A stretch of 64,000 nt of DNA from the NCBI GenBank assembly GCA_024679065.1, contig JAGIQG010000005.1, forward strand, positions 60,574,001-60,638,000. The letters run 5' to 3'. Under the pieces are notes generated by a model. That model was not told the DNA's origin. It saw nothing but the letters and a program-made list of their open reading frames with translations, and did not search any database. The translations under genes and the position numbers were made by a program. This DNA comes from Sphyrna mokarran. Taxonomy: Eukaryota. Within the stretch, counting starts at the first letter, position 1. Every line of letters begins with the position of its first letter. This document shows positions 38,850 to 50,650 of this stretch, piece after piece.

Positions 38850-40002
38850 CTGCAAATTAAAATGATAAAAAGGATATAGTCTTAATCCTGTTACACACAA
38901 ATGTGAAATCATTGCAGGGAATATAGTAGCTTATACTTAAACAGCTGACACGTGGTATATTGCCGTCATTCGTAATCCAGCAAATAAGTTGGCAATGCCA
39001 TCAAAAAGCCAAAATCTATGAAAATTTTCTCCTTCCTATAACAACATCAGAACTACGATTTCCTTTGGAGACATTTTGTGTGTCTACAGTGCTGGCTTGA
39101 GGCACACAAAATCGCTACACTGAAGTGACTTTCTGATTCAACCTAATTTGCAATGGATGAACTAACTCAAGGGATCAATAATGAGTAGGAAAAAATGCTA
39201 CTGTGAGACTGTTTATATTTGAAAGGAAAGAGGATTTAAAACTATTTCAACAAAACATGATGCTAGCAGTAGTGTGACAATTGATAATTTATAAAAGCAA
39301 ATGCAAAAGAGAATCTTATTCCCCTTCAATAATTCTTGTTTTGTGACCACAAAAGCATAAATAAGATGATAATGTGCAAACAATAATGGCATTTAGTATT
39401 GTAGATTTGACTGTAACACAGATATATATTTAAGGATATTTACCAGGCACTAGGGTGGAGAAATCTAGAATTACTTTATCATGAATGGTACTGCTCAAGC
39501 AGTTATGACACATGGAAATGCCACTTAAAGCTCTTTGATTCTTCAAAAAGATTCTTCAAAACAGTCCAGCTGACAGAGAAATGGGCAATGCAGCAATGCT
39601 AGTCTAAATTGAATGAATGGACTAGAGTTGGAGGAAGGAGAGAATATCCCCCTTTTTTTAAGGTAATAGATGCCAGATTCAAACAGTTGATCAAGGGGGT
39701 ATTCAAAGGAGGGAGCTTAGTGAGGAGGAGTTAGTCCTATCTGCTGAGGGAGGTTAGTTGTATTGCTGGGAGGAGGGTGGTGTATGATGGGAGGCATTGC
39801 ATGATGGCAGATTGTAAGGAGTTGGGCGAGTTTGGTTGTGGAACTATCCAGTTCTTAGACCAGGTTTTCACCTATAACATTCCCTGGATTAGCTTCCAGG
39901 TAAGTTGCATCCCTCTAGCCTAGATATCAAGTTGAGGTGGAGACATTTATGGATTATCCCAGGGAAGTTTAAACTTTAAGGACAAATTCCTATACAAAGA
40001 CT

Positions 40003-40120
40003 AACCTGATGAATGAGCAGTGCTCCGAAAGCTCGTGATTCCAAATAAACCTGTTGGACTTTAACCTGGTGTTGTGACACACTTTTACCATGCCCATCTG
40101 AGCATCTCCACATCATGGCT
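40003..40120 (+). mobile_element. Penelope-like terminal-repeat fragment with hammerhead-like core
   Basis: ctgatgaatgagcagtgctccgaaagctcgtgattccaaataaacctgttggactttaacctggtgttgtga. Confidence 0.75.
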
Positions 40121-40431
40121 ATCTCGGGGAAGTCTAAACTTCCCAGGCAATTCCTACCCAAGGTCTTCCATAGAGGTCCAAGACTCATCAGCCAACCCTA
40201 CACCCCATTTCCAAGAATGTGGAGACATGAAAATTTGGGATTATATTTATCAAAGTAGGTCTGCAATGGAATATAACGGCAGAAATAAATGGAATGGACA
40301 AAGTGTTAGAATCCTTAACAAAATCATTAGCAAATTTAATTGTTAAATATTCTAAAGCAATCTCACGAATTTCAATACCATTTTATTCGGCTTTGCAGAA
40401 AATCGGATTTTTTTTTAAAGAAGCTCCATAC

Positions 40432-40480
40432 CTTGGCTTTGACCGTCGCGATATTGTCTTGAATCCAATGCCTCCACCAT
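40432..40480 (-). CDS. BSDC1-like exon 2: (R)WWRHWIQDNIATVKAK
   Basis: 49 nt, acceptor ttggtag, donor gtatgg. Matches WWRSWLQQSYQAVKEK. Confidence 0.85.
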
Positions 40481-40582
40481 CTACCAAGGGAATCAGGAGA
40501 AATCAGTACAATCTATTTATTTTAAAAAAATAAATTGCCGCTGCTTCGCGTTGCTTCCAGTTTGTAACTGCTGCTTACTTAC

Positions 40583-40593
40583 CTCTCCGCCAT
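40583..40593 (-). CDS. BSDC1-like exon 1 coding part: MAE(R)
   Basis: ATGGCGGAGAG followed by consensus donor gtaagt. BSDC1 starts MAEG. All 11 exons sum to 1299 nt with no internal stop. Confidence 0.85.
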
Positions 40594-41107
40594 TCGAGTG
40601 GTACGAGCGAGTTTACAAGCGTGAGAATGACAGCAGCTTGGACCCAAACAAAGCTTGCGGTCAGAGACAGCCGGTCATCTGGAAGGCGACAAAAAAAACA
40701 ACACATGCAGAGACATGGCATCATTGCCACCGTGGCAAAACTCACTATGCGAATGGTAACGAACACTCGACATTACCTGATTCAGAATCACTTTAATAGA
40801 GACACCAGTTTTTAAGCATTAATCGGCGGGCAGGAGCTCGGACAGAATTGCTGCAATATATTGCAATGAGAATATAAGTGCCTGGAGTGAAGACGCTCTG
40901 ATGGATGGAAACTGCAGACACACCGCGCGCCAGCAGAGCGACGACGTCACACTCTCCTCCACGCCCCCACAGCCACGCCGTCTCCCTGGCAACCTGACGT
41001 CAGACGCAAGCGACGTCTCCGCGCAGGGAAGAGCGCGCGAGCGCGCGGAGTTGGTAGAGCCTGGCGGGGAATGGAACCCGCGGGAAACCATAGCAACCGG
41101 ATACAGG
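40594..41107. promoter_or_regulatory. CpG-rich bidirectional promoter shared by BSDC1-like (-) and TUBE1 (+), with X-box (RFX) and CRE motifs
   Basis: Start codons are 514 nt apart and divergent, with dense CpGs. X-box GTCTCCCTGGCAAC at 40980-40993, CRE TGACGTCA at 40995-41002, second X-box-like GAAACCATAGCAAC at 41084-41097. Confidence 0.75.
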
Positions 41108-41132
41108 ATGACCCAGTCTGTGCTGGTGCAAG
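41108..41132 (+). CDS. TUBE1: Epsilon-tubulin exon 1: MTQSVLVQ(V)
   Basis: ATG at 41108, donor gtaaag. TUBE1 N-terminus is MTQSVVVQVGQCGNQ. Confidence 0.93.
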
Positions 41133-41194
41133 GTAAAGAGGCGGCCCAGTGCTCAGTGCCTGATCTGTCCAGTTTGTTTTCGACAGCAACTTCC

Positions 41195-41420
41195 TTACTT
41201 TCTCCCCGTGTCTGCATGGGTTTCCTCCGGGTGCTTCGGTTTCTGCTCTCGCCAGAGATGTGCGGGTTAGGTGCATTGACCATGCTCGATTGTCCTTTAG
41301 TGTCAGCGGGATTAGAAGAGTAAATATGTGAACCGTAGGGTCTGGCTGGCTTTGTGATGGGCGCGGCTTCGAAGGACTGAATGCCCCCTCCCCACTTCTG
41401 CACTGCAGGGATTCTGTGTT
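41195..41420 (+). mobile_element. HE1-like SINE fragment in TUBE1 intron 1
   Basis: ttctccccgtgtctgcatgggtttcctccgggtgcttcggtttc...gcactgcagggattct. Confidence 0.75.
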
Positions 41421-43039
41421 TTTTATATAGAGTGGCTCAGTGGTTCATAAGACGATAAGATATTGGAGCAGAATTAGGCCACTCAGTCATTCAATCATGG
41501 CTGATATTTTTCTCGTCCCCATTTTTTTGCCTTTTCATGTTGTCTGTCAACCCAGTGCCAGGCACCTGGGTACAATTTTTTGGCCATACTCGCCCAAAAT
41601 GGGGAAATCCTGCCTGAGGTCAATAGATCATTGTATGTCTACATCCCCCCCCCCTCCCCAGCTATGATTACTGTGGCAGGGATAGGATAATTCTCCCCAT
41701 CTTTCTGCACGGGACCCCTTTTCCTGGGGCACCAACTAAACATGACCAATTGCCCCCAGCAACTCAAAGATGCTGTTCACTGCGACTAGCTGTGACTGTG
41801 AAACTGTCAGTGTTCTTTTTCAATACCCCTCCACGGTGGTTAGCAACATCAGCAATCTGCATGTGCAGATTTAAAGCAGAAATGCAGAAGTTGCAGTTAG
41901 TGGTTCTGCGTTCCACCCCCATGAGGTGCTTTGTTTATGTTTTATTTATTATTTATTGATTTATTTATCATTCTCATGTATTGGGATACAGACCTTGTGA
42001 GCTATGGAGACAAAATATACTGTTCATGTTTTTATTAATTCAAAGGGTGTGGGCTTTGCTGGTTAGGCTGACATTTATTTTCCATCCCTAAGTTCTCCCG
42101 GACTGCGGTCAGTTAGAAATCACTGTACTGATCAGAACTTTTATTCTCATGCCATTGCTGTAGTGTGCTGGTGAATACTAAAAGCATTTTGTCATGGGAG
42201 GGAGTCAATAAAGTGCGCAGTAATCACCTGCATGTAAGTCAGTTGCAGTGGAAATGGGTGCATTTGGCCAGTCTCAGCGACCCCAACTGTACACATCTGT
42301 TCTCAGTGGCTTACCAAGTTAAGATGGTTGGCTGATTAATGTTTACATCAGTCCCACTGCAAAAACCCTTGAAAAAGTTATACTTCATTATGTGAAGTGT
42401 AATTTGGTTTTATTGCTGAAAAATCTCTCTGGCTCTTGAATTTTTTTTAATTTGTGGCATGTCAAAGATTTTCTATCAGTTGATAAAGTATTGTTATTTT
42501 TAAAAATATATTTTCAATAAGTTTACGATATTTCTGCCTTAATTCCATGTATGTGTTCCAACAACTTATTTCACTGTGTAAAATTTAATTGAAAGTTTTA
42601 GTTCTTGGTTTCACCTCTGTGAGAATATTTGTGTGACTGGCTGCTTTCCTATTGCAGATATTATTGTTATTGGATGTGTGGAGATCCCTTTGACCTGACA
42701 TACAATTCAAACTAAAGTTAGGGAAGGGGAAACCAATGCCACAAAAATCTGAGACCTTTGTGGACACTGACTGCTTTCTTTAAGGTCATTGGGGAGAGAA
42801 TGTTGCCACTTTGACTGTGAAATTGGGCCAATGTATTAAACCTCATGTAAGGAATAGATGCTATTTATCTCAGACTGCTGAGAGCAAAAGTACATTGATG
42901 ATCATTATGAAAGAACTAAAGAACACTGGGAAGAGAGACTATTTCCGACCTAAGAAAATAATCATATTTGAAATAAGTAGGAAGAAGACAAGTTTTGGCA
43001 GCTACTTTAATTTCATATAAAATAATGAAATCAATTGAG

Positions 43040-43400
43040 AAAAGTCATCTTGAAGTTTATTTCTAGCAGACATCATGGATTTAAAAGAAGATCCTGTCAG
43101 TTTAAATTCCTTGAAGAAATGGCAATCCAAGTCAACTGGTAAATTCTACAACATTGTGCAATTAAACTTCCAAGCAATAGCTGATAAAATTTTGCATGAA
43201 AATTTCTTAAGCTCAAAGCTTTGTGGATGTAGACAAAACAATGTACATAGACAAGAAAATAGAAGGTTAGAAAACTTGTCCGTATCAAGTTTAAGGAGAG
43301 ATCTTGAGTAAGGTGTCCCAGAGTTCAGTAAGAGGATCATTGCTGCTTGCAATGTTTATCAGTGACGTGACTCCAGAAACTCAGCTCAAGTTGATCAAAT
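43040..43400 (+). mobile_element. Old CR1 RT fragment
   Basis: aaatttgcagatgatactaaact (KFADDTK) and ggtgtcccagag. Confidence 0.6.
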
Positions 43401-44670
43401 TTGCAGATGATACTAAACTTCTGTATTTAGTTCTGGTTATCAAAAAACAGGAAAGAGTCGAACATGACAGGTCATAGTGAGTAGGTCACGGAGGTCGATG
43501 CCCAGTGCCGTATTTTAAAACCTGGATTGGGGACCTTATACCCTGAATAATTCTAGGTCCTAATCCTATGTTGAACTGTATCAGTCTGGCAACACTACTT
43601 TCAAATGTAAGTGGGCTGATTCAACCCAATTCGAGGCACTGAACATTTCCAGGAGGTGGGAGCTGCCCATCTGCACATGAAAGGATCAGGAAGATAAAAA
43701 TTACGCAAAGCGACCATGAACATTAACTTGATTCTGCGCATGTCAATCCTTCAAATTCCACAAAAAAACACAGATGGAATTAAATTGTATTTTGCTCCAT
43801 GATGCCCCTAACAGCTGTATGCTGACTGCTTGACACCAGTAGTGCACCAGGTTGGTTTCATTCAGAAGAAAGATTCTGTTCCAGACAGCTCCCTCAACAG
43901 GTTCCTTCAGGTTAAGGGGCTATTAATTACCGGCAAGCAAGTTTCCCAATATTCTACCTCCTGTAGATCCTTTGAAAATTGCAATCTGTAGTGGGAATGC
44001 AATGTTCAAATCCTGGAACATTTCACTTAAACTAGCAAAAACCACGTGATCTCATTCCAGGGTCCTCCAGGTGTGCAGTGGGTTTGAACAAGAGAATAGC
44101 AGTCAGAATACATCTTCTCAGTTAATTCTATTTACAGTTGCCTTCTACTGGCTGACCTCCGACTAGACATTATGCATTAAGCGTGAAGTAATCACTAAAC
44201 CCTTAAGTATATTGCTATTAATTTATTTGGACAACACTGGCATGTGACCAATGGTATAGTTTAAGTTTAACTGGGTAGATTTTGGCTTATTTTATATATT
44301 CTAAAGCTGTTTCTCGTTTGGATGATGTCTTGTCATATGCCAGTGAAGCTAAGAGTTTTATCACCAGACCACTATATGTAGCATTAGATGCAGTTGTTAA
44401 CGTTATTGTCCTTGGATAGATCTCGAAGTTGAAGAATCTTACAATTTTGGTCACTTTTATTAAGTAAAGTAATATTGACATAAAATTCAGTTCAAAGTAA
44501 TATCTGTTACTTGACAGAATCTAAGAAACCGGTTGATCTTTTTTCTTTCCTTCTGTTCCTCCCCATTCATCGTTCAGAATAAGCGTAGATTGCTAAGGAA
44601 TCAAAATAAAACTTCTTATTGGTGTTTTATATTTTTGCAATTGGTAACGTTATGTTTTCATTCTTTTTAG

Positions 44671-44744
44671 TTGGCCAATGTGGCAATCAAGTTGGCTGCA
44701 GATTTTGGGATTTGGTTTTACGAGAACATGCAAATGTGAATAAG
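44671..44744 (+). CDS. TUBE1: Epsilon-tubulin exon 2: (V)GQCGNQVGCRFWDLVLREHANVNK
   Basis: AG/GT bounded, tubulin GQCGNQ motif. Confidence 0.96.
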
Positions 44745-45205
44745 GTAAATAATGAGGAATACTTATGATTTACTAAGTTTAAAAATTGATATAAGCTTCC
44801 TCATCACTTGGGTGATGTGTAGGGGGTACCTGGAACCCAGGGGGACTATACCCAAATATGACCTGAAACTTTCAAAGAGGAGGGAGAAAATATTGGCAAA
44901 CAATATAGATTATTCAAATAATGGAAGCTTTGAAGTGTTGGCATGATTTGGTAGGTTGTAAGTTCATAAATTAAATACTTGTTCTATTCTCGAATGGTTT
45001 TGAACAAATCAGGCATCATATTCTTCCTGACCTTGCTACCTCTACTTTAATATAAATGCCCTTTATTGATCAAGGTTTGTAGACAATTTTCAGTACTCTG
45101 AAGAAGGAGTTTGATAGATTTTATAATAGATATGTTGGACTTTGCTGCCAGTATCATTGTGAAGTGCCTTCAGTAGAAAAATGACTAATTCTTTTTCTAA
45201 TTTAG

Positions 45206-45258
45206 AAAGGAATCTATGATGAAGCACTCAGTAACTTTTTTAGAAATGTGGATACAAG
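45206..45258 (+). CDS. TUBE1: Epsilon-tubulin exon 3: KGIYDEALSNFFRNVDT(R)
   Basis: AG/GT bounded, in frame, matches TUBE1. Confidence 0.95.
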
Positions 45259-45835
45259 GTAAGCAATTTAATTTTAAATAAAGCTCTTCAAACTAAAAAT
45301 ATTACGAAATCCATAACATTTTCTTGCCTTGGAGATTTAAAATAAACTTCAAATTATACAGATCAAGGGCTATATAAAAGAGAATAGGTAATACAGTGGT
45401 AGTATCTTTGGAATGGTGATCCAAAGACCCAGGCTAATGTTCTGGGAACTCAGGGTCAAATCCCACCATGGATTTTGAATTTTATGTTATTTAAAAAAAC
45501 CTGGAATTTAAAATGTCTAATGATGACTTTGAAACCATTGTTGACTGCCACCCATTTGGTTCATTGATGTCCTTTGGAAAGGAAACTTGCTGTCCTTGTC
45601 TGCCCTGCAGATCCACAGCTGATTCTTAAATACTGTCTGAAATGGTTGCACCTCAGGACTGCAGCTGTTCAAGAAGGCAGCTCACTACCAATGAGTGATG
45701 GGCAATAAATGCTGGCCTAGCCAGTGATGCCCACATCAAAATGAATTTTTAAAAATCATAAATCGTAAATTTTTTTGTTCTCTTGTTTAATTTTCTTCAG
45801 GGTGACTTATTCAAAAGCAATTCATTATTTTGCAG

Positions 45836-45896
45836 ATCTACCAACGGAGATGATATAAATCTTTCCAAAGGAACAATTAGATCTCTTAAAGCTCGG
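45836..45896 (+). CDS. TUBE1: Epsilon-tubulin exon 4: STNGDDINLSKGTIRSLKAR
   Basis: Acceptor tttgcag, donor gtaaat. SKG-I-SLKAR conserved. Confidence 0.9.
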
Positions 45897-46540
45897 GTAA
45901 ATAATTATATCAGTAATTTAACTTGGCAGCTAAAGACTAAATTTCTTATTATACTGCAAGTATTTCTGGATATATGATTAATCTTGTGAAGGAATTTTTC
46001 TGCAGTCGAGAATAGGATGCAATGAATAGACACTTGTAGAAGTTCTATTAATGATTCTGTTTTGAACTGGCAGTAGTTGTTATTTTGCAGTTTGAATTTT
46101 ACCTTACCCTTTGCAATGGTTTAACATCATCAGATCACAGGGCAGATGATGTCCTGGTAGTATTATCACTACACTGTTAAACCAGAAACTCATTTAATGT
46201 TCAGGAGACCCAGCTTCGAATCCCGCCACAGCAGAACTTACTGATGACTATGAAATCATTGTTGGTTGTCAGAAAAACCCATCTGGTACATTATTGTCCT
46301 TTAGATAAGGAAATCTGCTGTCCTTACCTGGTTTGGCTTGCATGCAACTCCCGATCCCAGCAATGTGGTTGACTCTCAACTGCCCTCTGAACAAGGGCCA
46401 CTAGGAATGGGGAATAAATGCTGACCAGCCAGCACCCCTATGTCCCATGAATAAATGAACAAAAAGTTGGATCTGAATAGCTTAAATAAAAATATGTGTG
46501 GAAATGGAATTTCCTGTATATATATTTTCTTATCTTCTAG

Positions 46541-46656
46541 GCAGTACTTATTGATATGGAAGAAGGTGTTGTTAATGAACTACTCCAGGGTCCACTGAGG
46601 GATGTTTTTGACAGTAAACAACTTATAACAGATGTATCTGGTTCTGGTAATAATTG
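46541..46656 (+). CDS. TUBE1: Epsilon-tubulin exon 5: AVLIDMEEGVVNELLQGPLRDVFDSKQLITDVSGSGNN(W)
   Basis: AG/GT bounded, tubulin GSGNNW motif. Confidence 0.96.
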
Positions 46657-48043
46657 GTGAGATTTGCAAATATAAGAAAATATCTACGTAACAGTTATTT
46701 CAGTGTGTCCGAAAGCATCTTCCTTGCCTAACGTCAAATTATATTTTCCACGTTCCTAATGTTTTTGACTGTATGATTTACATGGTTAATTCTTTGAATA
46801 GGAATTTTTTGTATATTTCTATTACATTTAGATTTTACCTAATTCATATATTTCTGTTCTTTTGTCCTGACCTAGTATAAATAGTATTAAAATAATATTC
46901 TAGTTCATTTTATGTGCATTATTTAATACTTAAGTACTTTAACAAGGTTCTCCCTCTCAATCTTCCCTCTTGTCTAGACTTGCCTAATTTCTTCTGGTAA
47001 CTTTTGGTATTTACATACACTCATTTTTATTGTTCTGTATATTTTCCCAATACACATCCTTGATGAGAAATGGGGGCCAAAATTGTAATAGTTTGGTTTA
47101 AGCCTCACTAAATAAAACTTCAGCACAACATCTATAAACCTTTCTGACTTGTTTACCATTTTAAATTACCCCCCACCTTGTCTCAATGTTGAAGCTGACT
47201 AAACTAAAAACAGAAAATTCTGGAACCATACAGCAGATCTAGCAGTATATAGGAAGACAAAAACAGGATAAATGGTTGATAACCTTACAGATCACCAGCC
47301 TGAAATATCCTTTGTTTCCACAGTTGCTGCCAGACCTACTATGCATTAGCGATATTTTCTGTTTTAACTTCTGATTTCCAATATCTGCATGAAATTTGCA
47401 TTCGCATTAAGGTTGAACACAACTTATCTGCTGTTGCTCCCAGATCTGTCAAAGTTTACTGATGCTGCTTTTTGAATTTTTGTTTAGGCAGGAAAAAAGA
47501 GTTGTATTTTATGATTTTGATATAATATTTATCAAGTACTAACTGATTATTTATTTTCCCATTGTCAACATTTTATATGTTCAGGAGGTACTTCAATAAT
47601 TCAGAGAAAACAAACTAAAATCATTAGTTCAGTATTACGGACTTGTTACAAATATTTTTGTTGCATTTAATGTTGACCTCAAAATTTAATGGTCAGATAT
47701 TTTATAAACGGGTAGACTTTGAAAACCTATGCATTGAATTTTCTCTTGGTTACAAAAAATATGTCAAAAGAAAACATATAACCTTAAAATATCTAGGAAT
47801 CTAAAGTACTGGTCAATAAACAATATGAATTAAATTAATAATCTTGACTTAAATCACTTGTCCAGATAATCACAAGAATCGTAGTGCCTATCTAAGCCGC
47901 TGCGTTCTCTGGAGGTATGGCCGTCCATGCAATTTCCTGCCCCTCCCATCAGAACTTGCCAGTGGGGAGTGTAACATTCCTATGTTTTACTGAAGTGCAT
48001 AATTCTGGCAGTTCATATATACTTTCTGACTTTTTTCCCATAG

Positions 48044-48165
48044 GGCTGTTGGACATAAACAGTATGGTTGTCAATACCGTGACCAAATTCTCAATGTATT
48101 CCGAAGAACAGCTGAACATTGTGATTCTTTACAATGTTTTTTTTTAATCCACTCAATGGGTGGAG
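48044..48165 (+). CDS. TUBE1: Epsilon-tubulin exon 6: AVGHKQYGCQYRDQILNVFRRTAEHCDSLQCFFLIHSMGG(G)
   Basis: AG/GT bounded, first half of the GGGTGSG tubulin signature. Confidence 0.96.
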
Positions 48166-48639
48166 GTGAGTAGTAACTTTTTACAAAGCCTTTAGCAGAT
48201 TGTCTACTCCTTTCTTAAATTGATTGAATTAAATTTTTAATATCTGAACTTACTGAAGAAATCAAGTGGGTAGAGCAATGTCGGTATCATTATCAAGGTC
48301 AACATTTGTTGCCCATCCCTTGAACTGAATGGCTTGCATCGCCATTTTTATGGGTCTGGAATCTCATTTAGGCAAGACCAGGTAAAAACAGCAGATTTTT
48401 TTCCTAATATGACAATAGTGAACAGATGGTTTTTATGACAATTGATTACAGTTTCATGGTCACCATTACTGAGACCAGCTTTCAATTCCAGATTTTTTAA
48501 TTGAATATAAATTCTACCAACCTATGACCCCAGGGCATTTGCCTAGGCCTCCAAATTATTAGCCCAGTGACATTCTTCTTTGCCGTGAATAGATAGTCGA
48601 ATAAGTGTTTTTACACACATCAGATACAAGTATCTACTG

Positions 48640-49560
48640 GTGACATAGGAACAAGAATAGTCTATTCAGCCGTCGGACCTGTGCCAACCTTTGGTTAAAT
48701 CATGGCTAATCTGTAACCTGATTTCATTAAGTTACCCTCGCTCCCACCCATTGATAACATTTCTTGTCAAAAGATGTATCTATTTTCATATTGGAAATAT
48801 CAATTAATGCAGAATTCGCAGCCATATGGGGGAGCAAATTCCATTTTCACCACTCTTTGTGTGAAAATTTTCTTCTCAATTTCATGCTTGAATGGCTTAT
48901 CTCTAATTTCAAATGGTCCTTTTTTGTTCTAAATTGCACCAAAGAAAATAATTTACTTGAATTGAACCTATTGAACTCTTTCAGCCTTTTAAATATTTTG
49001 ATGAAATCACCCTTCATCCTTCTAATCTCAAAGGATTACAAATCACGTATGTCACTTGTGCTCATGATTGAACTCTTTGAGCCTGGTGATCCTCCCTGTG
49101 TCTTTCTCAAGTGGTGCAGTATCAAAAACTGAATTCAGTTCTCCAGATTGCAACTCAGCAAGGTTCTGTATCTCTGAAGCATCGCCTAACTTTGTATTTA
49201 AACCCCTGAGACAAAATATAGCATTATACCAGCCTTTTTGATTGCATTTTGTACATTTGAACTTGTTTTAATGATTTATGTACGTGGGCATCCAAATCTC
49301 TTTGCTGTTTCCTAATCCCTGAACTCTCACCGTTAGAGAAATGTTCAGATTTGTCTTTTTTAGGCCCAAAGTGGATGACCTGTCATTCTCCCACTTTAAA
49401 CTGTACCTGCCATATTTTTCCCTACTCATTGTCTATGACCTTTTGTAAATTCTTAGTCTCATCCACATAATTTTTCAGCTGAAGAATTTTTCTTCATTCG
49501 TGTCATTGATGTATATGATGAAATGCTGAAGCCCCAGTTTGGATCCAACTAGAAAATATT
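48640..49560 (-). mobile_element. Degenerate CR1 LINE fragment
   Basis: CR1 3' UTR (ataggaacaagaatagtctattcagcc) followed by reverse RT remnants (gtatcaaaaactgaattcagttctccag). Confidence 0.7.
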
Positions 49561-49715
49561 CTTTTTATCTCTAATCTCTATTTTTTTGTCTCCCAGTCTA
49601 TCTGCAAATATATACCGCAGTTATTCACCCATTTCCCCTATTGCATCTTGGATATTTTGTTTTGAGCGTAGTGACAGAAATATTTTCTAATTTGAGATAT
49701 AAAATTGTTTCTTAG

Positions 49716-49903
49716 GGACTGGTTCTGGGCTGGGTACCTTTGTGCTGAGCCTTTTAGAGGATGAGTTTCCAGAAGTCTACAGATTTGTTACTTCTATCTA
49801 CCCTTCTGCTGAGGATGATGTAATCACTTCACCATATAACAGTGTTCTGGCCATGAAAGAGCTGACTGAGCATGCTGATTGTGTTTTACCTATTGAAAAC
49901 CAG
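49716..49903 (+). CDS. TUBE1: Epsilon-tubulin exon 7: TGSGLGTFVLSLLEDEFPEVYRFVTSIYPSAEDDVITSPYNSVLAMKELTEHADCVLPIENQ
   Basis: AG/GT bounded, completes GGGTGSG. ORF track 49742..49984. Confidence 0.97.
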
Positions 49904-49959
49904 GTATGCATAATAATCTTTTGGACTCATCTTTCAAGCATAAAGTTATTTATAAACAA

Positions 49960-50650
49960 TTTGCATTTAAGTAACATCTTTTAAGTAGGAAAATATGCCA
50001 ATAAGCTTCATGGGGGTGTGAGCCAGCAAAAATTGTCCCTGAAACAGACCAAATTCAGACAAGTGAATTAAAAACTTGGTTGAAGGTATAGGCTTTAAGG
50101 AGCATCTCAAACGAAGTGAGAAATGGACAAGTTTCCTGAGAGAAATCCAAAGCTGAGGGCTGAGACAACTTAGAGCATAGACACCAATGGAAGGAAAACA
50201 AGAATGGGGCAAATCTGAGGCAAAAGTGGAAGAAACATAAGAGTTGTTGAAGGTTCACCAAGCTGGAAGACATTACAAATACAGTGAGGGGCAAGGTTAT
50301 AGTTACCTTGAACCTAAATGCAAACTTTAATTTGAGGCATTTGTGAACAAGCTGCTGTAGGCAACCAGGAGAGTAATGGAACAGTCCAAAATAGCAATAA
50401 CAAAAATATAGAGGAGAATTTTAGCTATAGGGGTGCATAGGGAGCAGGAAATAAGTCATGTTATGGAGGTGGAAGTTGGTTATTGTTGTGATGGAAAGGA
50501 TTATGGGGACAGAGGTCCAGGTGATGGCTATATCGAATACAAAAATTATGTTCCTGCTTCAGTGGGAGAAGGAGCCTGTGGTGAGGGAGAATGAGTGTTT
50601 TGAATAGGAGTTATAGATGATGACTTTGGCCTTCCTAATTTTTAATTTGA
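49960..50650 (-). mobile_element. L2-like LINE fragment
   Basis: gtaggttttaaggagcatctcaa-type 3' region in reverse orientation. Confidence 0.55.

Noticed and set aside
40819-41403. Long overlapping ORFs on both strands at the promoter
   Set aside because: Explained by high GC content of the CpG island plus a SINE. Only the 25-nt TUBE1 exon is supported.
45801-45835. Alternative upstream acceptor (ttttcttcag) for TUBE1 exon 4
   Set aside because: Adds 35 nt, shifts the frame and hits TAA. The 45836 acceptor preserves the frame.
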